This document shows positions 31,021 to 43,927 of a DNA stretch of 64,000 bases, one piece after another. The first letter of the stretch is position 1, and every line of letters starts with the position of its first letter. A program made the translations under genes and the position numbers. Under the pieces are notes generated by a model that did no database searches, was not told the origin of the DNA, and saw nothing but the letters and a program-made list of their open reading frames with translations. Source of the stretch: Paraspadella gotoi. Its lineage: Eukaryota; Animalia; Chaetognatha. The DNA lies in the NCBI GenBank assembly GCA_051294375.1, contig CM119263.1, forward strand, positions 16,613,802-16,677,801. The letters run 5' to 3'.

Positions 31021-31799
31021 TTAATCAACAATTCATGATTTCATTTAATTGACACTTTCTTAATAAAATTTTTTATATATTCAAACAAGATTTTTCTTTC
31101 CCCTAAATTTGTAAACGACAAGATTTTAGCCATCTTCAGAAATAAGAATGTCTGGGAAATCCTTTCCCTAAATCTCTTCAACGACAAAATCTTTGCCTCT
31201 TTACTGTTTTAGTTTAGTAGAAAAATCAGGTAATGACTAGTATAATACTTGGCACAAATTCCTTTGCGATTTCAACAAAATGAAAGAAAACGAGAAGCAA
31301 CACACGAAAATCTCATCATCTCAAAATTTTTTATTACAAACCACCACCCTTCCCCCAGGAAAAGGTGACAAATTAAATCCGTGAAAACACATAGAATACA
31401 TAAGTAAAGATTAAACAAAAAGGTCAACTGTTGAGTGCTTCACCCTGACAAATGACCAAATCGCGTGAGATCATATGAATAAATGAATAATTACATTTGA
31501 TTTCCTCAGTCCTTTCTGACATTAAATCATAATCTTTTAATCTTTTAGGTATTTTCTTTTCGAACGGGTCTTTTGTTTTCTCCCTTCGTTTCATTTCTTT
31601 TGCAGCGACACCTGTGGAGTCAGCACTAATCGCAATTGATTTGCGTGGACTACTTTTGCTTCTTTCTGCGAGGAGCATTTGTTTTTTGTCTCATCTTCGT
31701 CCAACTGGCTCTAGAACATAATTACATCACTCAACTTTTTTTTTATAATAAAGTGAGTTTTAAAAACTGAGCGCTGAATGATTTAGTTTCACTTGTGTT

Positions 31800-34700
31800 G
31801 TATCATTATATTTCGGTATAAAACTATATCGTCTTTATTAAAAGTGGGAATACTGGCTCTTAAGCGTAGTACATTTTTTGTTTTCCATTTCTACTTCAGT
31901 ATGCTTTGCCACTGCTTGAAAGAATTTCGACTGACGAACTTGCAATCCTCTCTCTAATTGCGTTAGGCAATTCTTCTTGAACTTGTCGAGCATCTTCCAA
32001 TGGATATCTTAATGATAGAGGAGTGAACATTTCTCCTCCACCTGTCATTACTTTGAATGGAGAAACCAGTGGCTTTGAAGGTAAAGCATTTAATGCAATT
32101 GTACTTTCTTAGTTAATCCATGAGAGTTATTTTTCTAAAAGCATTGAATTATAAACTTCGCATCTGTTTTCCACATCCATCAGATTGTGGATGAAAACTG
32201 GACGATGAGTTTATTTAATCTCCATAATGTCATAAAAATCCTGCTACTTTGGCTTTAAAAACAACGGCATTATCCGTCATGTGTCTTAGGTACGCCAAAT
32301 AAACTGACATATTGATTATAAAAATTCGTCCAGATTTCAATGCTGTTCTGATTTTAATTGCATAAAACGTATATTTTGACCAATAGTCAATACATACTAA
32401 AATAGCACGATACCCATCCCTGGATGGTTTATGTAATATTTTTTAAATCTAATGCTACTCTTTCATTAAAGAATTTTGCAGATCTTGAACAAGTGGGGCT
32501 TTAAGATTAGTTTTTCTTCGTCTTAAACATATTTGACAGGACGAAACATATTCATTAATAGCTGTACTTCGGGAATAAAAGTAATATTTTCTTTTATCAG
32601 GTCTCGCATCCTTTGGATTCCCGGATGGGCCATCATATCGTGCGCAAGAAAAGAATATCAAGAATCTTTTTTCTGGCACGACGGTAAATTTTTTACTTCT
32701 TCAGTATTTGATGCATCAGTCCATTTTCTCACTATGACATTTCATGAATGCCAATTGTTCCAAAGATGCATAGTAAGACCTTAAGGCTGGGCTAAACCTT
32801 CTGGCGATCTTTTTATCCGGAGCTCCCTTTTCTATCCATTCTTTTAATTTCATTAAGTCGCCGTCTTCTTCTTGCCAGGTGCGCCAATCTTGCCATGCAG
32901 CTGGTTCTTGAATTGATCAGGGTCAAGGTTGCTTCAGGGTCAACAGATCCAGCTTTACCCTGCAGGTTTTTGTTATTACTGGCGCTACCAACTGATCTGT
33001 CAAATCCCCTCGACAGATCTCCTCCCAAGTTCCCGTGGGAGTTTCTTCAATTCGGATACGAGATAACGTATCCGCCGCAATATTGCGGTGCCCGCCACGT
33101 GTTTCAATTTCCACGTGACCCGAAAACAGCTAATCGTCCTAAGCAACGCACAACAAATGGGGTCGGCTCTTTAGATGATGATGTCCTAAAAGGTAAACAA
33201 GAGACTTACAGTCGGTATATACTGTTAAAATTATTGTTTGATAGCAGATAAGCCTTACAAGCTTCCATGGAATTTACAAGGGCCTTTAATTCCCCTACAT
33301 AACTACTATCTGTATCATTTTCTCCTTTCAAGGCTTTAGTCGTAATCTTATGAGCCTAGATCCGTATAAAATAGGTCTCATTTTTCCGGTAGAATCATCT
33401 ATTTGCCTAATACATATCCAACTCCGATTTTTGAGAAATCCACTGCCAAATGGAATTCTTTTTCAAAATTCGGAGGTGCCAGACAAGTATCAGCACAGAG
33501 TAATTCTTTTAATTTTTCAAATGCCTTCTGACAATCCTCTGTCCAATCAAATTTAATTTCTTTTTGCGTCAACCGATAGAGAGGTCTTGCTATGACAGAA
33601 AATCCGGAACAAAACGGCGATAAAAGTTGCAAATGCAACGAAAGATTGAACCTCTTTTACCGTTGTAGGTACTGGCCATCCTTCTACCGCTCGCAATTTT
33701 CCTACATCTGCCTTCACGCCATCCCCTGTGATTACATGACCCAGAAGATTTATGGTGTTTCTAAAAAGAAACATTTTGGGCTTTGGCTTTCAATCCCGTA
33801 ACTTCTAAACGACATAGGACCTTCTCAACATGCTCAAGGTGAGAATCAAAATCTGATGAAAAAACAATTATGTCGTCAAGGTAAGCCAAAGCACTCTGCC
33901 ATGAAATTCCAGCCAGCATTTTTGTAGCCATAGCCGAAAAAGTAGCTGGTGCTGAAACCAAACCAAAGGGTAAGCGATTGTAAGAATAAGTAGAACCCAT
34001 TAGGCACCTGAAAAGCAGTATATTGCATTGATCCCGGTGCATGGTATTCCTAAAATGCAGATTTAAATCTAAGTAGAAAACCATTTATTTTTTTCCCTTT
34101 GATACAGCGTCTAAAAAGACATCTAGATCTAGTGGGTTAGTTAGTTTTCTTGTTGTCAATTCCAGACAGATGGTCAACAACAGAATCTATGGGCGCTGAC
34201 ACATTTTTCTATTATTCCTATTGATTCCAATTTATCAACATGTTCTTGGATTGCCTTTTGTTTTTCGATAGGATAACGACGTGGAGGATCAACTATCGCC
34301 TTATGCCCAGGCTTACTTTCATCAATGTCAATCCTATGTTTGCCAGGTGAGTTTTTCCAATATCAAGGCTTCCTCTAGAAACAGCCTTATATCGCCTTTT
34401 GAGCATTTCCTCTACTCTTTCCCTTTGTTCTCCTTTAAGGTGAGTGAGATCGATCTTATCGACGGGATGCTCATCAGGACTCACATCATCTCCACCGTCC
34501 TTCCTATCAGGCTTCATATCTAAGAGGTTTTGTCCCTCTTCTGGTTCCATCAGAATTTCACATTCTGATGCCACTCCCATTGTTGTGTTTCTGTACAATT
34601 TTATTGGTTGTGTATAACCAATTATTAATTACAACTGGAACTATATTATTTTCTTGTTTCTTTATAACTGATCGAGATATCACAATGCCATATCTTCTGC

Positions 34701-35200
34701 AGGCAAACCCACAATCTATCTCCCAGTATTCACCTGGTATTTGATCAGTTACTTTTAGATGAGTAATTAATTGTCTTCCAGCAGGAATAACAATAGTCTC
34801 GCCTAATTTTAAATTACACTCGTCTCGAGTTAATACAGTTTGTATTTTAGCCATATCTCCCATTTTAATATTTTCCACTTTATACTTTATAGCAATATTG
34901 TTACATTTAATAATTCCTTGATCCGTACATATCTGTACACGGAATTTTTTTCATACCATTTAAACCTAGCAAACAAATACCTGATTCCTTTACAATGTAG
35001 AATTTAACGTTCTGGACAATTTATTTATGGTACAAGTTATATTCCCATCCCAACAGTACTCATTTTCCTCCCCCTACCCCACTTAACGAAATATCACGGT
35101 CTGATTTCTACTGGACATTTAGTCTTTCCTAATATCTCATCTGAGATAACATTATATTACTTCCCGTGTCCAACAAAATATGAATACTATCATTTTGTTT
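31800..35200 (-). pseudogene. pol: Gypsy pol (protease, RT, RNase H, integrase), frameshifted
   Basis: LDTGS (~35170), RLPFGL and YLDDIIVF (~33870-33980), LAVDFSKIGVGYVL, CQIC, IDYWSKY, TDNA, HPQSDG. Confidence 0.9.
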
Positions 35201-35567
35201 TGGCCTATTTATATAGGAATATGGGGCCCAGGGTGGAGATATTAATCGTACAGATTGATTCATCCCCGTTACCGATTATATTTTCATTTGGTGAAGACTC
35301 TGTCCTGGTGGCGTTACTCTCCTTCTCCGGGATCAAGACATCGGTTTCTTCGTCTTTAAAGTTGCCAAACGACAGGACAGTGATGAATCACCATCGTGAC
35401 TCTGGCCGGGATCAACGAAGGTCGATGTAAGTTTCCATCGGCGGAATTGAAGTGGAGCGTCACTAAGAGTTTTGTCTTCACTGAGCACTGTTGTTGTTGT
35501 GTGAGGAATGAATCATTTTCGTCCCGAGATTCACTCCTCATGGATTCGCTACGACGAGGATGGAGGA

Positions 35568-37039
35568 TTAGAAGGTGGCGGCGGCGGATTTGATGGTCTT
35601 CCGCCGGGCGTTGGTTTCCCACCTCCCTTTTGCCTTTGAACGGCCGCTTGAAGTTTTGTCCTTTTCCCGTTCCTTTGTTCTTCGGTTTCTTTTCTCGGGA
35701 TGTAACTTCCAACAGTCTGCTTTCACGTGACCTTGACGATCACATCCCCAGCAGGTGACGTCGGACGATTTGGACGCCGTTCCTTGTCGTACCGGTTTTG
35801 TTCCCACGACGGCCACTACAGCTGCCGCTCCTTCCGAGATTCCCAAAGTTTCCATGGATCTGGCCTTTTCTATGGCCTCGTCAAGCGTTTTGGGGAATAG
35901 AAGTCGCAACTTTTCCCCTAGCTCACCTTGGAGATTTTGGGTAAATACCTCAAAGCTTTTTGTTCAATTTGTTTATTTGTGTATTCATGCCCATAGGCTC
36001 GTACGGCCAGATTTCTCAGCCTGACACCATAGGCCCTCAGATCTTCACCTTGAGTTTTCCGGGCCGTCAGGAGCTGATATCGAGATGCCAAATCCAGGTC
36101 TTTCTCCATCACCTTGACAAGATAGTCGCGCAGTTCCTCGTAGGTGACGTCTGTTGTTGTCGGCGATATAGTTTGTCGCCAAAATTGAGGCATTTCCGAC
36201 GAGTAGTGATAAAAATTTGGAACGCCAGTTTTTTGTTGGTATTTCACAATCTCGTGCCTCGTTTTCGAAAGTGATGGCGAGAGCCCTAATAGACTGGCCA
36301 TCCGAATACCTCGGGAAATTAGGCTTCACCGGTACCGACATCCTCATTATGCGAGGCGGAGGGACTCCTCGGCGAGCTCCAGAGGCAGGAAGCTCGACGA
36401 CTTCATCTTCTTCGTCGTCGGATCGTCGCCTCTCCTCTCTCCTGCTGCCGCTCCTCCGGTTGCTCCTCCGGTGGCTCCTCCCAATCCTCCTCCACCACCA
36501 CCTGATCCTCCACCACCTGATCCTCCACCACCACCTGATCCTCCTCCACCACCTGTAGTCCTCGGCGCCGGCATGTCGACGACGTCCTCTCCTCTGTCGA
36601 CTTGATCTTCTTCTGCTTCATTTTTTTCAGAAGTTCTTTGACGCCGATCGACCTCATCAAGCCGCGCCTCCAAGTGTTGGAAGCGCAACGCCAATCCGTT
36701 GATGGCTGCCAATAGGTGTGTTGCCGTTACCTCTCGTCCCGGCGCTTCCATCGGTGTTGGTGGTCGTTGGATTGGTTGTGGCGGCCCGGTAGGATGGGGG
36801 TGGAGAGGGTTCCGGACGCGAGGGGGCGTCGCAGCGAGTGGGTGGCGGTAATTGAAACAGTTCGTCGGCCGAGAGTTGCGGAGAGAGGCCATCGGTCTCG
36901 CGCCTCTCTCTCCTCCGTGACGACTGTTGGGCTTCGTCGGCCGGGCTCTCGAATCTCGGAGCGTAATTCGAGAAGGATACTGCGGCGTCGGCCGATGGAT
37001 TGTCCCCGGTGGAGTCGGTTCCTGTTCGTCGCCTTCCAT
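35568..37039 (-). pseudogene. gag: Gypsy gag, frameshifted, with Gly-rich linker and CCHC zinc knuckle
   Basis: CWGCDRQGHVKADC and PKTLDEAIEKA. Located right after the PBS. Confidence 0.85.
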
Positions 37040-37158
37040 CCCGAATGCAAAGCGAGGAGAAGAATACTATTGATTCAAGAAGGACGGCGATGACTCCCGT
37101 TGTGATGAAAGCGGTGGTAGCAAATTTTCTGGACAGACGCAATCAGAGTTGTTCATTG

Positions 37159-37176
37159 ATCCTGGCAAGTCGCCAA
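37159..37176 (-). promoter_or_regulatory. Primer-binding site, tRNA-Arg-like
   Basis: TGGCGAC(C)TTGCCAGGAT directly after the 5' LTR in both Gypsy copies. Resembles the complement of the metazoan tRNA-Arg(TCG) 3' end from memory. Confidence 0.7.
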
Positions 37177-38948
37177 TTTGTAGCGTCTCTAGCTACTGAA
37201 CTCTGACTGAGGCTGTCCAAGATGAATAAAAAGGTTTGAATAAGTTTATTTCTATTTACAACAAAAAGTTAAGCAATTTGGTGCGGAGAGGAACTGAACT
37301 CCTCTCTTCTCTTGCCTTCCCCTTTTATATCTTTCTGAGACCTCCTTGAAGATATTGCGCAACCGGATCTTTGGATTTCACTGGGATTGTGAAATCCAAA
37401 GCCGGCCTTTCTCTAAGTGGGTGGGAAAACCGCAATCATCTTTTCTTGGGTTCTATTTTTACTTTTATACCCCCCACGATTTTCCCTTCGACCATTTAGT
37501 TATTAATAGAACAAAGATCGTGATGCTACATGTTGTTGGAGTATTAGATTGAGTTAAGGTTGACATTTCGAGTTCTTCTCGAGACGGCGGAGGATGAGGA
37601 TTACGACGCCTTCGTCTTTGAACGTCTCAGATGAATTTTTTCCCAACGTAAATAAAACTAATGAGCGCGAGACCCATCGCTGCTGCTCCTAAATATGCCG
37701 TCCAATCAACAGAGCCAATTAAAAGGGCATCATTTTCGGTGTTTTTATCAAGCTAGAGGAATTAAAAACTAATCAATTATAAGTAAAAAAAATTATCATT
37801 ATGGAATACCTCTGTGTTATTGGCAGGCCACTCTCGCCCCTCATTAGTCATAGTCCCGGTGTTCACAATCTAAATATTTAAAATTTTTTTGTATTATAAT
37901 GAGAAAAATTTTTGAAAAAAAATAGTAATTTTTTACCGTAATGCTCGTTGTCATATTTATTTTCCAGTCGGTTATCGGAATTTGAGTCGTTGGAGCCGGC
38001 GAAGAATTATTTCGAATAAAGTCTCTAAACCAATCGCGCCATGCTTTGATTAACTCCGGCGATAAAGTGGCAGAAATTGTTTTTTGAGTTTCTTGAGATG
38101 TTGGCGCCTGAGTTGAAGACGACAAGTTAAAAGGAACTGTCGTGTTGAGAATGGATTGAGGAGTCGTTTGAGGATCCGTTAGAATAGGTAGTGTCCAAGG
38201 AGTCGTTGAAACTGTTGGAGCCGGAGGAGCTGATGGAGCCGTCGGAGTAGGTGCCGTTTGAGCTATCGGAACTGTTAGAGTAGAAGTTTGAGGAGCTGTC
38301 GGAGCCGTTAGAGTAGACGTTTGAGGAGTCAACAAAGGTGAAAGAGCAGGAGTTGAAAGATAAAGATCATAGTCATAGAATACTTTATTAATGACGCAAG
38401 TTCCATCAGAAATAATAGAAAAGAGGAAAATTGTGGAAAAAAATTTAAACGCCATGATTTTCGGTTGAGTCAAGGAGAGGGAAATGAAAGAATGATTCGA
38501 AAACAATGGAAAAAAAAGAACTTATCAGTTTAACCGAGGGAAAAACTTTTGAACTTCAAGTTATTAGTCATTTTTTAAAGATAAGTGACAAAAAAACTAC
38601 AAGGGGGAGAGAGAGAGAGAGAGAGAAAAATTGCTGATAATGGAATGTTGGGAGGGGAATGGGGAAAATTGATTTATTAAAAGAAAAAATCATATATATA
38701 TATATATATATATATATCTATCTATCTATCTGTATGTGCATGCACATGCACACATATATGTGCGCGCAAGCGCATGAGCGTGTGCACGTGCGAGAGAGAG
38801 AGAGAGAGAGAGTGCGCGCTGAAATTATGTAAATTAAGCAAAACCTGATTGCACGCGCGTCTTTCCGCTCAATGATTTCGCGCGACCGCGTAAAGTTTGC
38901 GCGAGAGGCACGCGGGAACAACTTTTTTTCATTTTCGCTCGAGACGCC

Positions 38949-39998
38949 ATGGCCTCTAATCCTCACTATTCGGATATTTCAGAGGACGAGGAGAAAAAAA
39001 ATGACGGCGACCAAGTTGAGAGAAATCAGCAATCTGATGATAAACCTGTCTTCATTGATCAATCTTTAACGATTTATCGAGCGGATAAAGACACAGAATT
39101 ACCTCAATTAATTAAAGAAAAAATTGTCACTGTCTGTAAAGAGGAAATTGGAAAGCACTGCGAAATTTGCCACGAGATAAAAGCTCATAAAGATCAACTA
39201 AACTTTTTTTTAAAAACTTTTTATGATCAACTCAAAATAAACGAAACGGATTCTAATTGTAAAAAACATCAACAAAAACAACAACAACAAAAATCTTTAG
39301 GCCCTTTACGTATTATCATCGACGACGAACCGCCCCTGGATTTATCTCTTTCTTCAAATTCTTCTGCGAGGCCGAGCGCCGAAAGAGTGGATTCTTTTTT
39401 TCGCGACTTAAATCCTTTTGCCAATATCTCGGACTTATCTTCTTCTTCCGACTCATTGCCCCAAAGCGCTCCTTTTCACGAGGCTGTTTTAGCAACCACC
39501 GATAGCAATAGAACGGACTTGAATGCAGCAGAGCGCGACTTTCTCGAAGATTACATTGAAGACTTTTTTAAAAAAAAAACAAACAAAATGGCTTCTGGAT
39601 TGTTTTGTCAACTAGAAGACGACGCCGACTGTCCATGCTTTGGCTGCTTTAAGCTAAGAATGGAAATGGAAGCTTATAACACTTTTACAGAATTTCCTCA
39701 ACCCTTCGAAGACGAGTTAATTAATTTGGACGATCCCCAAAGAGGATTAAATGATAGTGACGTTTTTATGGGTTGTAAAGCGCCTCCTAATTCACCCATG
39801 AATTTAGGTTGTAGCCCTCCCCCAAATTCACCCCCCCTTTTTAGTCTAGAAGAAGACTATTCAATGAAATCAGTTACTCCAACCACCGACGAAGACGCTG
39901 TCATGGATGTCTCAGAAAAAGAAGAAGAAAAAGAAAAACTTGATGCCGTTGCTTCGCCCGATGTCAAGCTTATCCCTCCGACTCATTCTCTTGAGTAG
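38949..39998 (+). CDS. 349-aa acidic ORF upstream of and in frame with pPolB (separate regulator or N-terminal extension)
   Basis: Long open frame with PLDLS and CxxC motifs. The TAG stop is followed in frame by GAT ATG of ORF 40002. Confidence 0.7.
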   Translation: MASNPHYSDISEDEEKKNDGDQVERNQQSDDKPVFIDQSLTIYRADKDTELPQLIKEKIVTVCKEEIGKHCEICHEIKAHKDQLNFFLKTFYDQLKINETDSNCKKHQQKQQQQKSLGPLRIIIDDEPPLDLSLSSNSSARPSAERVDSFFRDLNPFANISDLSSSSDSLPQSAPFHEAVLATTDSNRTDLNAAERDFLEDYIEDFFKKKTNKMASGLFCQLEDDADCPCFGCFKLRMEMEAYNTFTEFPQPFEDELINLDDPQRGLNDSDVFMGCKAPPNSPMNLGCSPPPNSPPLFSLEEDYSMKSVTPTTDEDAVMDVSEKEEEKEKLDAVASPDVKLIPPTHSLE

Positions 39999-42503
39999 GA
40001 TATGGAACCTGTGGAGCCAAATAAAAACAAATATAAAAAACTAAAAAAACCATCAATTAAAGAAATACGCGAATATTACAACTTGAATTGCGCCTCATGT
40101 AAATTTTTTTTACATCACAAACATTTGGTTTTATATTTTAAACACGTTATCATCGATCACTTTAAAATTAAAAAAACAAAGAAAGTAAAAAAACTTCTCA
40201 TTAAAACATTAAACTCTCCCAAGATCGTTTCATATTTAAAATCTTTAAAGTCTGCAACGCTGCCGACGACGACGACGACGATGCCGTTCGATCCGTATCG
40301 TTGTCGAGATTTTTGGAGACAGCGTCCCATTGACTCATGGATTTCATCGTCGCAAAGAGGTCAGGGAGAAACTCTTACCTCACGCCCCATTTCCCCCATA
40401 AACTCCATTAACAAACCACCAGAGGATGTAGAACAACCCCAACAACGGATTAAAGCCGATGAGGGAGAAGAAAAGAAGGAGGAAAAAAGAGAAGAAAAGG
40501 GATTAGTTACCAATCAAGCACCGTCGCCGCCGCCGCCAGATTTAACATTGCCAGGGGACTCGCCGACGCCAACGGACTCTCCATCGCCTCCGGAGCCTGA
40601 AAACTATGGACCTAAAAAAATAAGTCGCCTCACTAGAGAAGATGAGTATGAAAGCTTATATTCAGTTTATTCACAAGATAATAACGACTTTATCTTATCA
40701 TCTTATGAGAAATCTTTAGGAAAAATTATACAGTCTTTTAGGTTTATCCCTCGTGANNNNNNNNNNCAATTAAAATTCGGTTAGCGCTGTTTCCTGCTGT
40801 AGGAACAAGTACAGGTTTTGAAGATGATGATGATGATATTATTCAAGATTCGGAACTCATATTTTATGAAAGTCAACAGCCTGTAGAGATTTTATTACGT
40901 ACAGACAATATAGAAGAAATATTAAATAATATTTTTGAAAATTTGTTTTTTGAGATATCAGAATTAACATTAAAGCGCTCTGGCTTGGTTTATCTTTATA
41001 CTGTCTTTTTAAAATTAAACATTTTTCGTTTTAAAAATATTATGAGTATAGGAGGGCCAGTTGCTGATAAATTGCCGCCATATTTGAGACGTAAAAAAGC
41101 TTTGATTGAAGTTCCAAACAAGGATAATTTGTTTATTAAACGCTGTAATTGCAAGTATATTTTCTTTTTCATGGGCAACAAGTAGAGCTGAAAGAAACTA
41201 TAAACCTTTTTATCAATATATAAACTATAAAGGCATGACTTTTCCTATAACAAGCCCTAGACAAATTGAAAAGCTTGAGGATTTAAATAATAATTTATTT
41301 GCTATTCATGTATATACTTATGAATATAAGAATAGCAAATTAGAAATTTATCCCTTTCATTCTTCCCGTAGAAATAAACCAATATTTAATATTTCATTAT
41401 TGTTAGTCGGCCGTGGAAGAGGCCATTTCATGGTTATTAGATCATTATCTCGATTACTCTCTTCTTCCGTTAGTAAGAATACAAAACTAAAATATTTTTG
41501 TCAGCGCTGCTTAATTTCTTTTACTAAGTTATCATTAAAAGAAAGTCATTATGAAACTTGTTCTAAGGAAAAGAGAAATCAGAAATTTGTGCTTGCTCCG
41601 CCTGGGAGTCGAATAGAGTTTAAATCTTGGTCATCGTTTTATTGTTCTAAATTTATTGGAGCTTGCGACACCGAGGCCATTAATACTATGAACAAAGACC
41701 GTAATTTAAATATAGAACAAGTGCCTCTGGGCGAAGACGAGCCCAAGAGCAGACCATGGTGTCGGTTTAAACACGAAAATCTTCATAGCAAAAGATGCAA
41801 TAAATGTCAAGATGATATGCCTTGTAGCGATTTTTTAAAACGAACTAATATTATAACCTGTCAAAGATTAGTTTCTTACGCTTATCAAATAATTAATACT
41901 TATGATAAAAATAATATATTTCCTATGAGACACTATCAAGCAAAATGTGAAGCTGATTTAGAGAATTATGTTGTACAAAAGCACTTTTTAGACAGTTTAT
42001 ATGAAGATTCTTATCAAATAAATAAACTTATAAATGGTAATAAGCCTTTAGAGATAACAAAAGAAATTAGAGAACACTATGTTAAAACAAAAAATTGTGA
42101 ATTATGTAAAATTCCATTTCCACATAAGACTGATGTATTATATAAGAGACATAAAAAATTGCTTCATCATGAACATTTAGGACCCAATATAGATTTAAAT
42201 TATACATTTAATAACAAACATTATGCAATTGTCTGTCACAGATGTAATTCTGCGCTTATAGATAAACGTGAGATAACAATTAGTATTCATAACTTAAGTT
42301 ACGATTTTTCAGTTTTACTTTTGTCAGCTTTGGCTAATTTTAGTTATTATATATCCAGAGTTGAAGTTTTGGGTAAGACATCGGAAAAGGTGATGTGTCT
42401 CACTCTTCGCTTTTGTTGTATAGATTGCAGAAATGCCAAAAAAAGACAGATAGAAGAGTATGAAGCGAAGCGAACGCAGCCCTCTAATCTGTTTAAGAGG
42501 AAA

Positions 42504-43608
42504 GGTCATTCAGCATAACAATACGTAATCATTGATGTGTTAAGAGGGCTATGAGTTATAGAGAAATACATATCTACCCCGTCATTTTCAGTAACGACAA
42601 AAAAAGATAAAGTTCTTTCAATTCTTATATGCTAAGATACCATCATGTCGTTTTCAATAATTTTTGTTGTTAAAATGGGTAACTACAAATTGTTAAGGTT
42701 AAATAGGGTTAAGAAGAACATTTTCTATAAAGATTGTTTTTAATCTGGTTGTGTAAATGCAAATTCTAACGGTAAAGAAGTTAAACACGTGTAATGGTGG
42801 GATAATTGTAGAGGAGTGAGGAGGGGATTGAATTAAGCAATTAATTGAGGTCTGGCGTTACTGAAGTCGATTGTGCTGGTTCGGTTTTCCAGTCATCGAA
42901 CGAAAAATTGCGAGCTGTGTAACATAGAGTGGGTGTAATAGGAAATTTCGAACGTATACAATGCTTCTTCAGCGTAGAAATTTTGAAAGATTTTGGCAGG
43001 CCCTAAAACACTGCATGATAATATTTGAATTAAAATTTGATTAGCAATCTTAAAAAAACATCTTGTAAAAATGTACAAGAGACCATTTTTGATAAAACTG
43101 CGTTCGGCAGTTAGGAGAAGAAATTCCAGGGTTAGCAGAAAGTTTAAAAACGTTTCTTTCCAGGAATATGACAACAAGTTGAGATTTAAAATGTCTCATT
43201 TCTCTATTGTGTACATTTTTGTCTAATTCAGCTTTAATAAAATTCATAAATAGAGTATCGAGGTGGGAATTTGAGCCGTTTCGTTCGTTTGATGAATGAG
43301 CGCGGTTGTCAGTACGATCTTTCAGATGGGTTTCTTTATGGGTTAATATTATATATGTTAGGAGACCGGCATGGATAGATGGTAGGAAAATAGGCAATCA
43401 AATGCTGTAGAAAAGTGAAACATTTTCCGGAAATCGCCAGGAACCAGAGAAGCTTCAGCTTTCTGAATTTGTGAAGCTGTGCCATTTTTAGCCTTATTCT
43501 TAGAAAGTGAAAATTGAAAAAAGAAGAAAAGATTGGAAAAAAAAAACCCACCCCGCTTTTTCTTAAAGAAAGAAAAGAAGGAAAACAATTAGGTTTTGCT
43601 GACATGCC
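42504..43608. mobile_element. ~1.1-kb insertion in polB with imperfect short TIRs
   Basis: polB homology stops at LFKRK and resumes at SISRVYDD. Ends are GGTCATTCAGCATAAC / GTTTTGCTGACATGCC. No clear TSD; the left part looks low quality. Confidence 0.5.
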
Positions 43609-43927
43609 TTCGATAAGCCGCGTTTATGACGATATTGACCTGAGCATGTCGGAAGAGAGCGCGCGAGACGACGATGTCGATCGTGACGTGGGAGACTGGT
43701 CTGATTTTGAATCCGTGCTCGAGGTCTCTAAACCCGACGATGACGACGACGACGATGACGATGACGACGGGAAGCCTCGGGATGAGCTGAAGGGCAAAAA
43801 AATTCGTTGTTTTATAAATAACGAAAGATCTAAGTCTTGTAAAGAGTGTAAAAAATTAAGACCGGTGAGATTTGTCGACAGTTCTAATTACTTTAGTTAT
43901 CAGGGTCTAGATTTTTTAGTGACTAAG

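Larger units (their letters stand above)
28027..37530 (-). mobile_element. Full-length degenerate Ty3/Gypsy LTR retrotransposon
   Basis: LTRs 37179-37530 (5') and 28027-28376 (3') with TGTAGC...GCTACA ends, 4-bp TSD TGTT, PBS, PPT (28377-28390) and gag-PR-RT-RH-INT order. Confidence 0.96.
27649..38455 (-). pseudogene. Spliced type I membrane glycoprotein (signal peptide, mucin-like T/P/S ectodomain, TM, cytoplasmic tail), split by the Gypsy insertion
   Basis: Exons 38455-37937, 37869-37810, 37752-37531 and 28022-27649. Two phase-0 GT-AG introns. TM AYLGAAAMGLALISFIYVG then KK...RRRRR. In-frame TGA at 37627-37629 and a frameshift near 28005. Confidence 0.75.
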
